A program made the translations under genes and the position numbers. Shown here piece after piece: positions 36,230 through 46,531 of a stretch of DNA of 57,991 bases (the first letter of the stretch is position 1; the number at the start of each line of letters is the position of its first letter). The stretch covers positions 1 to 57,991 of the IMG/VR virus record IMGVR_UViG_3300046780_000140; one strand, written 5' to 3'. This DNA comes from a virus (Duplodnaviria > Caudoviricetes). Below the pieces are notes generated by a model. That model was not told the DNA's origin. It ran no database searches and worked only from the letters and a program-made list of their open reading frames with translations.

Positions 36230-36898
36230 ATGGTAACATGCAGTATGATTACCGTACTGCCTTACGCATCAGCAAGGCCACTTTCCTGCATCACCACGGG
36301 ATGCCCACACCCCGTGGTGTATCGAGGACTATGTTCCATTCACTACAGGTTCTGGTACAGACACACTTCCAAGGAAGACCGTCAATCGACACGTCCCTCA
36401 CCCCAAGAACGGTTCCTATCTAAGGTAGCACCACCTGATGAAAGGGGTTGCCGACTCTGGACTGGAGGAACATACCCCAAACAACCTAGCCATCATGGCT
36501 ATTCAGGTGGATATGGGATGTTCGGTTATCGCGAGAATGGCAAAAAAATCACGATACAGTCACACATTTGGGCATGGAGATCCCAGATGGGACCGATCCA
36601 ATCTGGGCATATTGTGTGCCACACATGCGACACGCCGCCTTGCGTGGCATTGGAACATCTCTATCTCGGCACGCCACAGTCCAACATGGACGACAAGGTG
36701 AACCGTGGACGGCTCGTTTCCTCGCCAGGCGAGGCAAATGGTCAGGCCAAACTTACTAATCTTCAGGTGCTAGCAATCAGAGATTCCTACGCCGAGACCA
36801 ACCCGCCAATGTCAAAGTCGGCCATAGCCCAACAGTATGGAGTCTCGGCTAGTCTTATAGGACAGATCTTACGGCGTCAGATCTGGAAAACCATCTAA
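36230..36898 (+). CDS. HNH homing endonuclease with C-terminal HTH (only credible plus-strand gene)
   Basis: ERFLSKV..GCRLWTG, VCHTCDTPPCVALEHLYLGT..NM.D, GEANGQAKLT, IAQQYGVS; lower GC. Confidence 0.92.
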   Translation: MVTCSMITVLPYASARPLSCITTGCPHPVVYRGLCSIHYRFWYRHTSKEDRQSTRPSPQERFLSKVAPPDERGCRLWTGGTYPKQPSHHGYSGGYGMFGYRENGKKITIQSHIWAWRSQMGPIQSGHIVCHTCDTPPCVALEHLYLGTPQSNMDDKVNRGRLVSSPGEANGQAKLTNLQVLAIRDSYAETNPPMSKSAIAQQYGVSASLIGQILRRQIWKTI

Positions 36899-36901
36899 CT
36901 A

Positions 36902-37492
36902 TCATGCGTGCCACGAACCATTGCCCCAAGATCCGAATCGACAGGTCACGGATATAGTTCCAGTATCTACAAACCGAGCGCCCTTGTCCAGTAGGTAATT
37001 CCACTGAGCCCAGTCATTCCAATGACGCCCGTTCTGGGGTCCTACCCATCGATCACACACCGATGATCGAGCAATAACGCAGGATGGTGAACTAATCCAG
37101 TTAGTCCTACGGAGATCCTCAAAATCAGAATGAAAGGGCTCCATGCTTTCTCGGGGGCGTCCCTCAAGAGTGAACCTTGCCACGATCACATCGTGATCGT
37201 CCATAAACTTCTCGGCAAGAGCGAGATGTTCGGGATGCATTAGATCATCGTCGTGAAGAAAACTATACCATTCGCAATCCGTAGAACGTTGCAATCGCTC
37301 CATATTGCGGCACTCACCCAACCGCCGAGGGTCGATGCCGATCACGATGTCGTCCGGTTGACGGGTTTGCGCGTGGACGCTGGCGAGACATTCGGTGAGA
37401 AGATGCGCCCGCTCGGGCAGCGAAACGATCAGCGCCGCTATCGTCGGCACGGGTCCAGCACGACCTGTTGGCTCACGTACTCTTTCCACCAC
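36902..37492 (-). CDS. Glycosyltransferase family 2
   Basis: CLASVHAQT, WYSFLHDDD (DxD). Confidence 0.85.
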   Translation of the reverse strand: MVERVREPTGRAGPVPTIAALIVSLPERAHLLTECLASVHAQTRQPDDIVIGIDPRRLGECRNMERLQRSTDCEWYSFLHDDDLMHPEHLALAEKFMDDHDVIVARFTLEGRPRESMEPFHSDFEDLRRTNWISSPSCVIARSSVCDRWVGPQNGRHWNDWAQWNYLLDKGARFVDTGTISVTCRFGSWGNGSWHA

Positions 37493-38190
37493 ACCTCGAG
37501 GTCGGCGTCGGTCAACGCCCCGAGGTCACGCCAATGCTTGCCTTCCGTCAAGGCGAGGTTGGTGGCGTCGTAGGCAGCTTTCCCGATCCGCACCTTGTGT
37601 GCCAGATGGGCGAACGAGCGGTACTGGAACTCTTTGATGTGGAGGTCACCGATCAGGCCGCGGTCGGCACCGGAATGGTCCACCTGATGGTTCCCCTGCC
37701 AGACACGGACACCCGGCTCATACCGGAACGCCACTTTCATGCACCGCTTCCGGTCGGGGAGCCGGTGGACGATGCGTCGGGTCGGGTCCGGGTCGTCACC
37801 GTCGATGTCCGGTTGCGGAACCATCTCAAACGTGGGGGCACGAAGGACAGGCACCGGAGCCTCGTTCAGCACGTCGGCTATCGTTCCGCCCTCCGTGGCG
37901 TACCACCATTCGTCGGCGTCGAACGGGACCACCCAGTCCGCCCCGAAATCTTCGCCCGCCATCTCCGTTAGGCGTGTCATCTTGGCCGACTGGTAAAACG
38001 CGGGGTCGTTGTCGTCCACGACGGTCAACGGGAACTCGGTCGTCAGGGAGTCGAGGATCGAACGGGTGCCATCCGAGGACATGTTGTCGGCCACGATGAT
38101 CCGGGTCATGCCCTCAGCGAACATGTGACGCAGGATCAGCTCCGCGATATCAGCTTCATCTTTGAACATGGCTACCCCGACGAGGTTCAC
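37438..38190 (-). CDS. Glycosyltransferase family 2-like
   Basis: VAMFKDEADI, VADNMSSDGT, WVVPFDADEW, QGNH, FQYRS. Confidence 0.88.
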   Translation of the reverse strand: MNLVGVAMFKDEADIAELILRHMFAEGMTRIIVADNMSSDGTRSILDSLTTEFPLTVVDDNDPAFYQSAKMTRLTEMAGEDFGADWVVPFDADEWWYATEGGTIADVLNEAPVPVLRAPTFEMVPQPDIDGDDPDPTRRIVHRLPDRKRCMKVAFRYEPGVRVWQGNHQVDHSGADRGLIGDLHIKEFQYRSFAHLAHKVRIGKAAYDATNLALTEGKHWRDLGALTDADLEVWWKEYVSQQVVLDPCRR

Positions 38191-38789
38191 TGGACGCGTT
38201 GCAGCACACGAATGGTGTGGCAACCCTCAATCTCATCGAACCGTGACGATGCGGCGGCCTCATCGACCACTTGGGCGATCGCAGGGATAGTGGTGTCATG
38301 GAAGGCCGCCAATCCGCCGATGGTCAGCCGTGAAAGCCAAGTGTTCGAGTCGAGTTTGCAACCGGCGTAGTCGTGGGCGGCGTCGATGAACACGAACCCG
38401 ACCGGCAGCGCCCACAACGGCCCGATCGTAGCCGTGGCGGCCACCACCGGGATGATGGTGTTGGTCAGACAGGCAGCGCGGATGGTTCGACGGAAGGCGA
38501 GCAGCGTGTCGTGCGCCCCGTCACCGTCCACCATTTCCGGGTCATGGCAGTCACGATCCGGTGCCATCTCAGGGGAGCCTTGATGGTGGTCGACGGCGAA
38601 CAGCACGGTGCCGTTCGCCTCGGCGGAATCACCGATCCAGATGGTCGACTTCCCGCAGTACGACCCAACCTCCAGGTATGGACCGGAGCAACGTAGGGCG
38701 AGGGAACGAAGGAACGGTCCTTCGTCGGGAAACAACCATCCCTTTGTCTGGTCGGCCAACCTGGCTCGGTCGTCGCTGATGGCTTCCAC
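38187..38789 (-). CDS. Class I SAM-dependent methyltransferase (Methyltransf_24-like)
   Basis: LEVGSYCGKST, FAVDHHQGS, VFIDAAHDY, AFHD. Confidence 0.9.
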   Translation of the reverse strand: MEAISDDRARLADQTKGWLFPDEGPFLRSLALRCSGPYLEVGSYCGKSTIWIGDSAEANGTVLFAVDHHQGSPEMAPDRDCHDPEMVDGDGAHDTLLAFRRTIRAACLTNTIIPVVAATATIGPLWALPVGFVFIDAAHDYAGCKLDSNTWLSRLTIGGLAAFHDTTIPAIAQVVDEAAASSRFDEIEGCHTIRVLQRVQ

Positions 38790-38792
38790 CGC

Positions 38793-39362
38793 TCAGCCGG
38801 CCCAAGCCCTCGCGGAACGGTACAGGTGTGATCGGTGAGCTGGGTTGCCGACCATCGTTTCGCCGGCTGGCACGTCACGGATCACCACGGCACCAGCACC
38901 GATGACGGCCCCTTTGCCGATCGTGATGCCACCGTGGATCACCACCGCACCTGCCCCGATGAACACGTCGTCCTCTACGGTCACTTCGCCCCCGAGGACG
39001 ACACCGGGGCAGATGTTCACGAACTCACCGACACGGCAACCGTGGCTCACGGTGGCGTTCGGCCCGACATGGCTGTGACGCCCCAGAACGGCCGAGGGGG
39101 ACACGTAGGCACCGGGGAACACGACAACGCCTGACGCGGCCTCCTGTACGGCTCTGGCGGCAATCTGGCGTCGTGTCTTCGGCCACGCGGCCCCGATCAC
39201 GAAGTCGGCTCCGGCGTACACGTTCACGGCGTAGGTGGATAGCTCCGGGTTGTCGTCGCAGAGCACAGCGTCAGGGTAGAGAGCCGCCAGTTCCTGCCCG
39301 TGGGCGCCAGCACCGAGGATCGCCCGAACCTTCCCAGCGTATTGCATTGTCAATCGGACCAT
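38793..39362 (-). CDS. Hexapeptide-repeat sugar acetyltransferase (PglD/NeuD-like)
   Basis: ILGAGAHG, left-handed beta-helix repeats, IGAGAVVIRDVP..MVGNPA. Confidence 0.9.
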   Translation of the reverse strand: MVRLTMQYAGKVRAILGAGAHGQELAALYPDAVLCDDNPELSTYAVNVYAGADFVIGAAWPKTRRQIAARAVQEAASGVVVFPGAYVSPSAVLGRHSHVGPNATVSHGCRVGEFVNICPGVVLGGEVTVEDDVFIGAGAVVIHGGITIGKGAVIGAGAVVIRDVPAGETMVGNPAHRSHLYRSARAWAG

Positions 39363-40480
39363 ACAAGGTAATTAGGTGACACACCATGAACATCCCGACA
39401 CACATCAAGATAGGACTGCCACCGTTCTGATTCGGCTAAAACTTCGGCCAACAGAACCCGCGATTCCTCGGTCAGACGCTCACGCCTTGTGACGGGTGCT
39501 GGAACTTGCTCGGTTAACCCGCATGACCCACAGGTCAGATCAACAAAGGGACGGACGATTGTCGAACAAAACGGCACCCCCACCTTGGTTGGTCTAGGTG
39601 CTGCGACGATGCATATAACGTCTACACGATCAACGGCCTTGTTAGCACAAGAGCAAGAGGTGTCCAGACTGTCCCACGCCTCCTGATCCTCTGGGCACCT
39701 CTTGCTGGGAGGAAACACGCTAGAGCAGTTCCCCGATACCGAGCGCGATCAGGCCGACGAACACGGCCACCGTGAAGTCGTGGCCGTTCGGGTGCGACCC
39801 GATGCCAATGATGAGCACGAACACCGCTGCCACGATGGCAACCACGGCGCAGATTCGCTTGAGGGTCAACTGGTTCACGACATCCCTCCTTGGATTTCGG
39901 CTAGATGCTGCTGTGCTTGGGCGAGTTGCCGCTGAGCACTTTCTACTGCGCCGACCGCTGCCAGCCACGCCTTCACTGCTTCACGTTGGGGGTCGGAACC
40001 TTCGCACACGGCCGTACCTCCTCTCCCCATGAGCACCGACCCACGGCGTTGACGCCATGATGGCGAGAGTCGGTGTCCCACATGGAACAGACCTTGCACA
40101 TTCTCAGGCCCATCCCGTTGTCAACGAAGTCGTGCGCTCGCACCATCTCGACCACCCGCCGCCGCTCCTGGTCCTTGTTGTTGAGCAAACAGGCTCCGCA
40201 GAGCAGGTCCATCCCGACAAGTTCAGGTTCAAGGCAGGAGCAAAACTGTCCGAGGTCGGCCTGCGCTCGGGCACGGAAGGCGATCCCGAGGATCGGTCCT
40301 ACCTGGCAGGGCGTGGCGTCCAGTGCCTCGCGTGCCTTAACAAGCAATGGATGAGTCACCGTTTCCGTCCTTGTCCTCGCACCGCGTTGTCGTGAATCCA
40401 CCGCCATGCCATCCACAACGGGAAGGCAACACCCAGCAGCACCATGACAGCGATCACCGTCCAGAACAGGACGTGCACTG

Positions 40481-41086
40481 TCATAACCGCCACCCTTGTC
40501 CTCGTACCGCTCCGATGTGTCGGCACCGCGGCGGATCGTCACGGGCACCATAGAAGGCGAACTGGAGGCCAGCGTCAAGACACTGGCGGGTCATCCCCTG
40601 CTCGTTCGTGTCCGGGTAACTCATCTCCAACACCCGCCGAGGGATCAGACAAGGGTTACATGACCATCCCCAGTCCCGTATCGCACCGTGGCGAAGAAAC
40701 GTGCAGCCAGGACCGAACGATTCCTCGGTGTAAAGGAACGGGTCAAGGTGGACGATGCCACCCGCCGCGATCTCCAACGGGGAGAACGGCTCCCGCAGAA
40801 GCACCACTTGTGCGAGCGTCTGGTCCCAGTCAAGGATCGCAGCCAACATGGACAGGTCCACGTCGGCAAGGAAAACGAAGTCTTCCTCAACGGCCAGCAA
40901 ATAGTCGACTTCGGCCGTCAGTGCCCAGTCCCATGCCGCTTGTACCGCTCCCGCCATACCGAGAGTGTGGTCCCGGTCGTCAATGACCACCGACTCGTTG
41001 ATCGGTCGTAGATGGGCGTTCAACGAATCCTCGCATTGCGGCAGGTACAGGTCACCGCGATCCGAGATGTAGGCGAGGCCGATCAC
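40481..41086 (-). CDS. Glycosyltransferase (GT-A-like)
   Basis: YLLAVEEDFVF, WSCNPCL, CRHIG. Confidence 0.72.
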   Translation of the reverse strand: MIGLAYISDRGDLYLPQCEDSLNAHLRPINESVVIDDRDHTLGMAGAVQAAWDWALTAEVDYLLAVEEDFVFLADVDLSMLAAILDWDQTLAQVVLLREPFSPLEIAAGGIVHLDPFLYTEESFGPGCTFLRHGAIRDWGWSCNPCLIPRRVLEMSYPDTNEQGMTRQCLDAGLQFAFYGARDDPPRCRHIGAVRGQGWRL

Positions 41087-41373
41087 GGCTTGACGTTCCA
41101 ATCCCACCGTACCCACTCGTGCTCGGTGCCAATGTCCATACGAGTCAATATGGGATCGAGCCTATGAGGTACGTCGGCCTCGGGGAGATCGGAGTCTCTG
41201 GCGCATACCTCCACGAATCCCCACCGATCCACACCGGAAAGGGAGACGATCTGCGAAGTAGACGGCATACAAAGAGCCCGCTTGAGGTCTTCCTTTGATG
41301 TCAACTCAAGCGAGTTGCCACCGAGTACCTCACAGAGAAGTTCGTCCGACACTTGGAAGAAAGCCATTCTCAT
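41083..41373 (-). CDS. Hypothetical protein
   Basis: Coupled ORF. Confidence 0.55.
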   Translation of the reverse strand: MRMAFFQVSDELLCEVLGGNSLELTSKEDLKRALCMPSTSQIVSLSGVDRWGFVEVCARDSDLPEADVPHRLDPILTRMDIGTEHEWVRWDWNVKP

Positions 41374-41645
41374 CCCGTTATCTCATAACGGTCAGGTTCC
41401 CGCGACTCCGCCAGGCGCTCGCACGCCTCGCGGAAGCCATGATCCTTGTGCTTCACGACCTCCATCGCTTCTTCTGGCGTCAGGAAATACTCTCCCTTGT
41501 CGCCACAGTATTTCCGGTAATAGGAAAGCGTCACTTCGGTCAACCCACCGTGGACATTCCGAGCCACTGACATCTTCCACAACCTACGATCCGTCGCTAC
41601 GATCTCGTCGTAGTGGGGTTGCGAAAAAGCCCGAGAGCCCTTCAC
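41370..41645 (-). CDS. Hypothetical protein
   Basis: Coupled ORF. Confidence 0.55.
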   Translation of the reverse strand: MKGSRAFSQPHYDEIVATDRRLWKMSVARNVHGGLTEVTLSYYRKYCGDKGEYFLTPEEAMEVVKHKDHGFREACERLAESREPDRYEITG

Positions 41646-42265
41646 TTCACTGTCGCCTTCCGCTGCGCCAAAATAGGAGGACGGTCTGATGCTCCTACCA
41701 GGCGCCTCTTTGCGACATAACGAGCATCAGCGACCGCTCGGCAGGCAACACAACTCCGGTATCCATTACCGGGTTGTCTATATAAATTCTCCCCGCTTAA
41801 AGCCCTCCCGCATGTAGAGCAGTGGGTTTTCCGAGCATTCCGGGCAGCCGGAGATTCGCCTCGCTCCTTGTTCACGGCCGCTGGTACGGCTTCCAAATGG
41901 GAGGGACGGACGCAACGCCGAACTCGACATAAATGGTCTATCTGCAAACCATCTGGTATCAACCCGTTGGCCCATTCATACGAAACCACATGAGCGCCGC
42001 GACGACTGTTCCCGATGGTAAAGACCCCGTATCCGTGAGAATTCCCCTTAGGAGTCCAGATCCAACAGGGACCCAAGTCGGGACGATTGACAGGAACGGG
42101 ACCGTCCTTACTGATCTTAGCCCAAAATCTTTCGGATGGTAAGGCAGAGTATCTGCATACATCGCTACAGAACCGTCGCTTGCGAGTGAGCGTTGAGCAT
42201 CCTTCTCGTTCGCATTGGTGGACAGGGTTCTTGTATACACGTCCTGACCATGTACCCTTTGGCAT
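41642..42265 (-). CDS. HNH homing endonuclease
   Basis: ERFWAKI..GPCWIW, IDHLCRVRRCVRPSHLEAV...N, KTHC; AGGAGG RBS before ATG 42265. Confidence 0.92.
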   Translation of the reverse strand: MPKGTWSGRVYKNPVHQCEREGCSTLTRKRRFCSDVCRYSALPSERFWAKISKDGPVPVNRPDLGPCWIWTPKGNSHGYGVFTIGNSRRGAHVVSYEWANGLIPDGLQIDHLCRVRRCVRPSHLEAVPAAVNKERGESPAARNARKTHCSTCGRALSGENLYRQPGNGYRSCVACRAVADARYVAKRRLVGASDRPPILAQRKATVK

Positions 42266-42339
42266 GTCGGCACCCCTCCTTGGGTGTTGACCTGGCCGGG
42301 GGCGGTTACAGCCGTGCCCCGGCCCTTGACTCCTACATC

Positions 42340-44028
42340 TTAGTCGGTACATACGGCGGCCGATGACAACAAGGGTAACTTGTCGCGGTTCTGGTGCATC
42401 CAAAGCGATTCCACATCCAGCCCCCACTTGGCCGCAAAACGCGCCTCGTCACCCCACGCCAGCGCCGTTCTTTCGGCACTCTCGACGGTAGACTTCATGG
42501 GTTCAAGATGGCGAACAGCCGTGTTCACGCAGACTGTGAACCTTCCCGCCTCTCGGGTCTGTCGTTCAAGATCGCTATCGCTATAGAACCAAGCGAACTG
42601 CGGATCGAACCGGAGCCGGTCACTGACCTCACCGCGCACCATGAAGGCGAACCCGCTCATCGTCTGACCCGCCATCGAATCGGACTGGGTGCGGGCGAAC
42701 CCCTCAGGGGGAAGTTCCATCTCCCGGTGGTTAGGGTAACTGATCCAATGATCGTCGGACACCCGTAGCGCTGCCTCAAGGCGCGCCGCGAAATCGGATG
42801 GTATTTCGGTGTCGTCGTTCAGGACAAGCAGGTTGAAAAGGGGTGCGCCTTCCGTGTCGGCCGCTTCCCATGCCAACTGCCAACCTCGTTCCCACATCGA
42901 GGTCAGGGACCAACCGTGACAGTCAACGATCTGGTGTTCCACGTTCGGGGGGTGCGGCAGGTTCTCGTACCCGTTGTCCATGATGAAAACGGTTGTGCAT
43001 TGGTCGGCAAGTTGCGCCACCAGTGTCGCCAGCATCTCCGGCCGGTCCTTGGAGGCGATCACCGCGTAGGTGGGAAGCGCCGGTCGGCACGCCTCCTGCA
43101 ACGACTCCGACTCCGCAATGAACCGGCCCTCATCGGCGGTGAAACTTTTGACGTGTCCCAACCGGACCCCGGTGTGAACATGGACAGCAAACCCGAGAGC
43201 CTGTGCCCTCAAGCAGAAGCTCAGATCTTCCGAATATTCGTCGCCGGTTTCCTGTATCGCCTGCCCGTCATCCCCGATCTCATAGAACTTGGTTTCATCG
43301 AACCACGGCCTTGGCGGCGGGAACCTCAACCGGCCCTCAGGGGTCCGGGCGTCCCGCATCGCCTCAAGCACGGTGCGGTGCACCAGCAGGCAGGCGGCAC
43401 CGGTACCGGACACTGGGATCAGCGTGTCCGCGGGGTACTGGGTGAGTCGCCGCAACCGTTGAACACCGGGCACGAACGCATACAGCGTCGGCCAGATCGT
43501 CCGCGACTGGTCGTTCATCACAGCGAAACACAGGCCACCGACAATCGGCCGGTCCACCGGGTGCGCCGCCTCCACCAACCGTTCCACCAGGTCAGGGTCG
43601 AACACCATATCCGTGTCGATTTGCAGCAACCAGTCGGCGTCCGACTCTTTCAGGAACATGTCAACCAGCCGGTTCCGGTTTCGTGCAATCGTGGCACCCC
43701 CCTCCATGTCAAGGGAGCCGCCACCGTTCACGATCCTCTGCTTCCCACCCAGTTTCCTGCCATCCGGTCCCCGTCGCCCCACCGCGTCATATTGGAACAG
43801 GAACAGCATGGAGCGCATAAACTTGGCTTTCACGTCCTCGGGGTGAGGCCAGCCAATAATGACTTTCTCCTGATCCCTCGGCTTGATACGACTGGCGGGG
43901 ATGAGCAGTTCCCGACCCTCCGGTTCCGAATGGGGACCGAGGATGACGGGACCAGAATGGGGACCGAGGATGACGGGACCACCCTGTACTCGCTTCGGTG
44001 TCACGCGGCCGTTGTGAGGTTTGGTCAC
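42340..44028 (-). CDS. Two-domain glycosyltransferase
   Basis: Domain 1 WLLQIDTDM, GAACLLVHR, SEDLSFC; domain 2 LVLNDD, FAWFYSDSDL. Confidence 0.85.
   Translation of the reverse strand: MTKPHNGRVTPKRVQGGPVILGPHSGPVILGPHSEPEGRELLIPASRIKPRDQEKVIIGWPHPEDVKAKFMRSMLFLFQYDAVGRRGPDGRKLGGKQRIVNGGGSLDMEGGATIARNRNRLVDMFLKESDADWLLQIDTDMVFDPDLVERLVEAAHPVDRPIVGGLCFAVMNDQSRTIWPTLYAFVPGVQRLRRLTQYPADTLIPVSGTGAACLLVHRTVLEAMRDARTPEGRLRFPPPRPWFDETKFYEIGDDGQAIQETGDEYSEDLSFCLRAQALGFAVHVHTGVRLGHVKSFTADEGRFIAESESLQEACRPALPTYAVIASKDRPEMLATLVAQLADQCTTVFIMDNGYENLPHPPNVEHQIVDCHGWSLTSMWERGWQLAWEAADTEGAPLFNLLVLNDDTEIPSDFAARLEAALRVSDDHWISYPNHREMELPPEGFARTQSDSMAGQTMSGFAFMVRGEVSDRLRFDPQFAWFYSDSDLERQTREAGRFTVCVNTAVRHLEPMKSTVESAERTALAWGDEARFAAKWGLDVESLWMHQNRDKLPLLSSAAVCTD
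43928..43981. repeat. 27-bp tandem duplication (GPVILGPHS twice)
   Basis: GAATGGGGACCGAGGATGACGGGACCA x2. Confidence 0.9.
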
Positions 44029-44158
44029 GTTTGCTTCCCCAACAGATCGATTTGATGAGCCGACTCACAGTGACGGAGCCACTTCGTCGGGTCGCCCGGA
44101 TAAAAGGCACGACCGCAACAAAGGGCGAAGGGGAACCGCTCCTCGTTCTGCGGCTTCG

Positions 44159-44311
44159 TCACTTCGGGATGTCCCATTCATTCCAACAGTCACGACACCC
44201 GAGCACGTAGAACTCATGGTCCATTCCGAAGTCTCCCGCCTCGCCTTGACCGATGCTATAGGTATCAGTGCCTTCGCACTTCGGGCAGGGTTGACCGTTG
44301 GGGAAGGTCAC
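44159..44311 (-). CDS. 50-aa zinc-ribbon protein (absent from ORF track)
   Basis: CPKC...CRDC; GTG overlaps upstream stop. Confidence 0.6.
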   Translation of the reverse strand: MTFPNGQPCPKCEGTDTYSIGQGEAGDFGMDHEFYVLGCRDCWNEWDIPK

Positions 44312-44809
44312 GGCTTCACTTCAAGCGCATCCGCAAGACGGTCGCCCGCTTCACCCAGTCCGTACTCCTGAGAACCCACGCTGTCTAGGACGGACTCGAT
44401 GTCGGCACGGAGCACCAGTACGTACTTGGCGGCTTCGCTTTGAGCGCAATTCTTGTGTCCCCGCCAAGACTTGCCGACGAACTGGGACCATGAGCACCCG
44501 TCGCCTATAGGTCGCTTGCACACCCCACAAAGGTCGCCCGCCACACACTCGCGGTGACCGACGACGGATGGGTCGTGGAAGGAAGGAGTCAAGGCGATGT
44601 ACGGGACATCAGCACCGCAGACATCGCAGGGAACGGGCGGGAAGGAGTCGGCCGTGGTCATGCCGATGCCTCCGCTACATCCTTGACGAACCACTTATCG
44701 TGACCCGTCGCGTTGCGGTGTTCAGAGGCCCAACGTCCCCGTTCCTCGGCACTGCCGAACGGTATCGGATCTTCGCCGTAGCACTCTCGGCACAACAGCA
44801 GGAAGAAGG

Positions 44810-45073
44810 TCACGCGTACCACTTCGGCATCTCACGCCAGATGGCGACACCCGCACCGAACCCGAGAGCCTCCAACTGGTTCGCCATGACCTGATCGGCA
44901 ACCTTGTGGGTGTCTTCCCCATCGCCATACGTCTGCTCAGCGACTCGCATCGCCAGCGCAAAATCTGGCGCGCTCAGCGCCACCTCTGAAACTACGACCT
45001 CTTCACGGCGCCCGTCTAGGCGGTTTTCGCCTATGAACCATGTTCCTGGGACGCTTCCCGTTCCGTCCGTCAC
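44810..45073 (-). CDS. Hypothetical protein
   Basis: EDTHKVADQVM..LEALGFGAGV..W..MPKWYA, a recurrent phage motif. Confidence 0.65.
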   Translation of the reverse strand: MTDGTGSVPGTWFIGENRLDGRREEVVVSEVALSAPDFALAMRVAEQTYGDGEDTHKVADQVMANQLEALGFGAGVAIWREMPKWYA

Positions 45074-45579
45074 GCTGACGCCATCCCATGCGCCCGGAGA
45101 TAGTCAGGATTCGTCAACCAGGGTGGCGGGTTGTCGTGACGATGCTCGTGGTACCACATTTCATCCCTCGACACTGGATACCCGTGGGCGATCTTCGCCG
45201 CCACAGACCATGAGCGAGGGTCATCGTTTCCGTGCCGTCGCGGCCCGTAGATGTTGGCGAAGGAACAGTCACGGCAGTACCAACCGAACCCTCCGGGACC
45301 AGTGTTGGACCATCCTGACGGAGACTCGCACCACGGCGGCATCTCGTCGGCCGTAAAGTCTCTCACGGTCCCGTCTGCGTTCAACGGCATCCCATCAACC
45401 TCCCGAATAGGTTCTACACCGAGTATAGCCACCGAACGGTTGATCCTGCGGGAGCGTCCCGGTCCAGCAGTTAACCGAAGCATATGGAAATGCATGGCCG
45501 AGCAGGACAGGGCAGGAGATTCGGGCTCCCACCCCATCCCGCCGGCATCGTCCCCCGACGGGGGGAAGGGGACGAGAAC

Positions 45580-46404
45580 TTACGAGGCCAACGCGTCCGG
45601 GTCGTACAAGGCGAGCAGATCCTTCGCCCATGCCACCTTGTCTGCCACCCGCTGCCCGCTCGGCTGCGACTTCGACCACAGTTCCAGATTGCCGCTACGG
45701 AAGTTGACCAGCGGCCCGTCCGTCGTGTTGTCTGACTTGACCCCGTTGACATGGTGGACGTTCTCGCCCTTGACCAACCGCCGCCCGATCAATTGCTCCA
45801 TCACGAATCGGTGTTCATCAAGGGTGCGCCCATCAACTCGGATGCGGATGTAACCATTCGGCAACGGTTGACGCTCGCCGTTTCCTCGCTTCTTGCGCCG
45901 CAGAGGACCAGGATCGCCGTCCTTCAACTGGCGGGCGTAGTGCAAGCGGCACAGTCCGCGCGCCCATCGACCGGACTCACATTCTTGCACCATACAAACT
46001 TCATGCAAAGAAGTAGTGGGACCGACTTCGCCTGATCCCAACAACCTCTTGTAGTGCATGCCGCACAATCCCTGCGAGCGGGCTCGGCCATCACACCCGT
46101 CCACTTCGCATGGGACATTGGCGAGACGCCTAGATACAACACCCCGGCTGCGGGCACGATCTCGCTCCATGCGGTTCGCCCTGATCCGTTTGCAGTCCCG
46201 CTCGGGATCATCGCAAACAGTGGGGGGCCGACCTTTATGTCCTAGCAGTTGATACTGGAACACGATCCCGCATTCAAGACAGGAGATGTCAATGAAAGGC
46301 GCCGAACTTCCGCTCTTCAGCCACCGCCGATAGTGCGGTTCACACATCCCCCGAGAGCAGACAGCGGTTCCGCACCCATCGATCGAGCAAGTACTGTTCA
46401 GCAT
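45580..46404 (-). CDS. HNH endonuclease with repeated Cys/His zinc-finger modules
   Basis: Three C..xGC....RGLC..HY.R modules; EHRFVME..IGR.L...ENVHHVNG..SDN...NLELW; GGAGG RBS. Confidence 0.9.
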   Translation of the reverse strand: MLNSTCSIDGCGTAVCSRGMCEPHYRRWLKSGSSAPFIDISCLECGIVFQYQLLGHKGRPPTVCDDPERDCKRIRANRMERDRARSRGVVSRRLANVPCEVDGCDGRARSQGLCGMHYKRLLGSGEVGPTTSLHEVCMVQECESGRWARGLCRLHYARQLKDGDPGPLRRKKRGNGERQPLPNGYIRIRVDGRTLDEHRFVMEQLIGRRLVKGENVHHVNGVKSDNTTDGPLVNFRSGNLELWSKSQPSGQRVADKVAWAKDLLALYDPDALAS

Positions 46405-46473
46405 ATCGGACCTCCTACATAGGTCTGGTAGAGAGCCAGGGGGTCCATCCCCTGGCTCTCCCTTATTGTACCA
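46405..46473 (-). promoter_or_regulatory. Extended -10 promoter plus structured leader of the HNH gene
   Basis: TGGTACAAT, 12-bp stem GAGAGCCAGGGG/CCCCTGGCTCTC, then GACCT..AGGTC stem over the SD. Confidence 0.6.
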
Positions 46474-46531
46474 GATTCTACGTTGGAGCGACATGCCACA
46501 TGGCGATTAACCCACCAGCGGCGTGTCTAGG

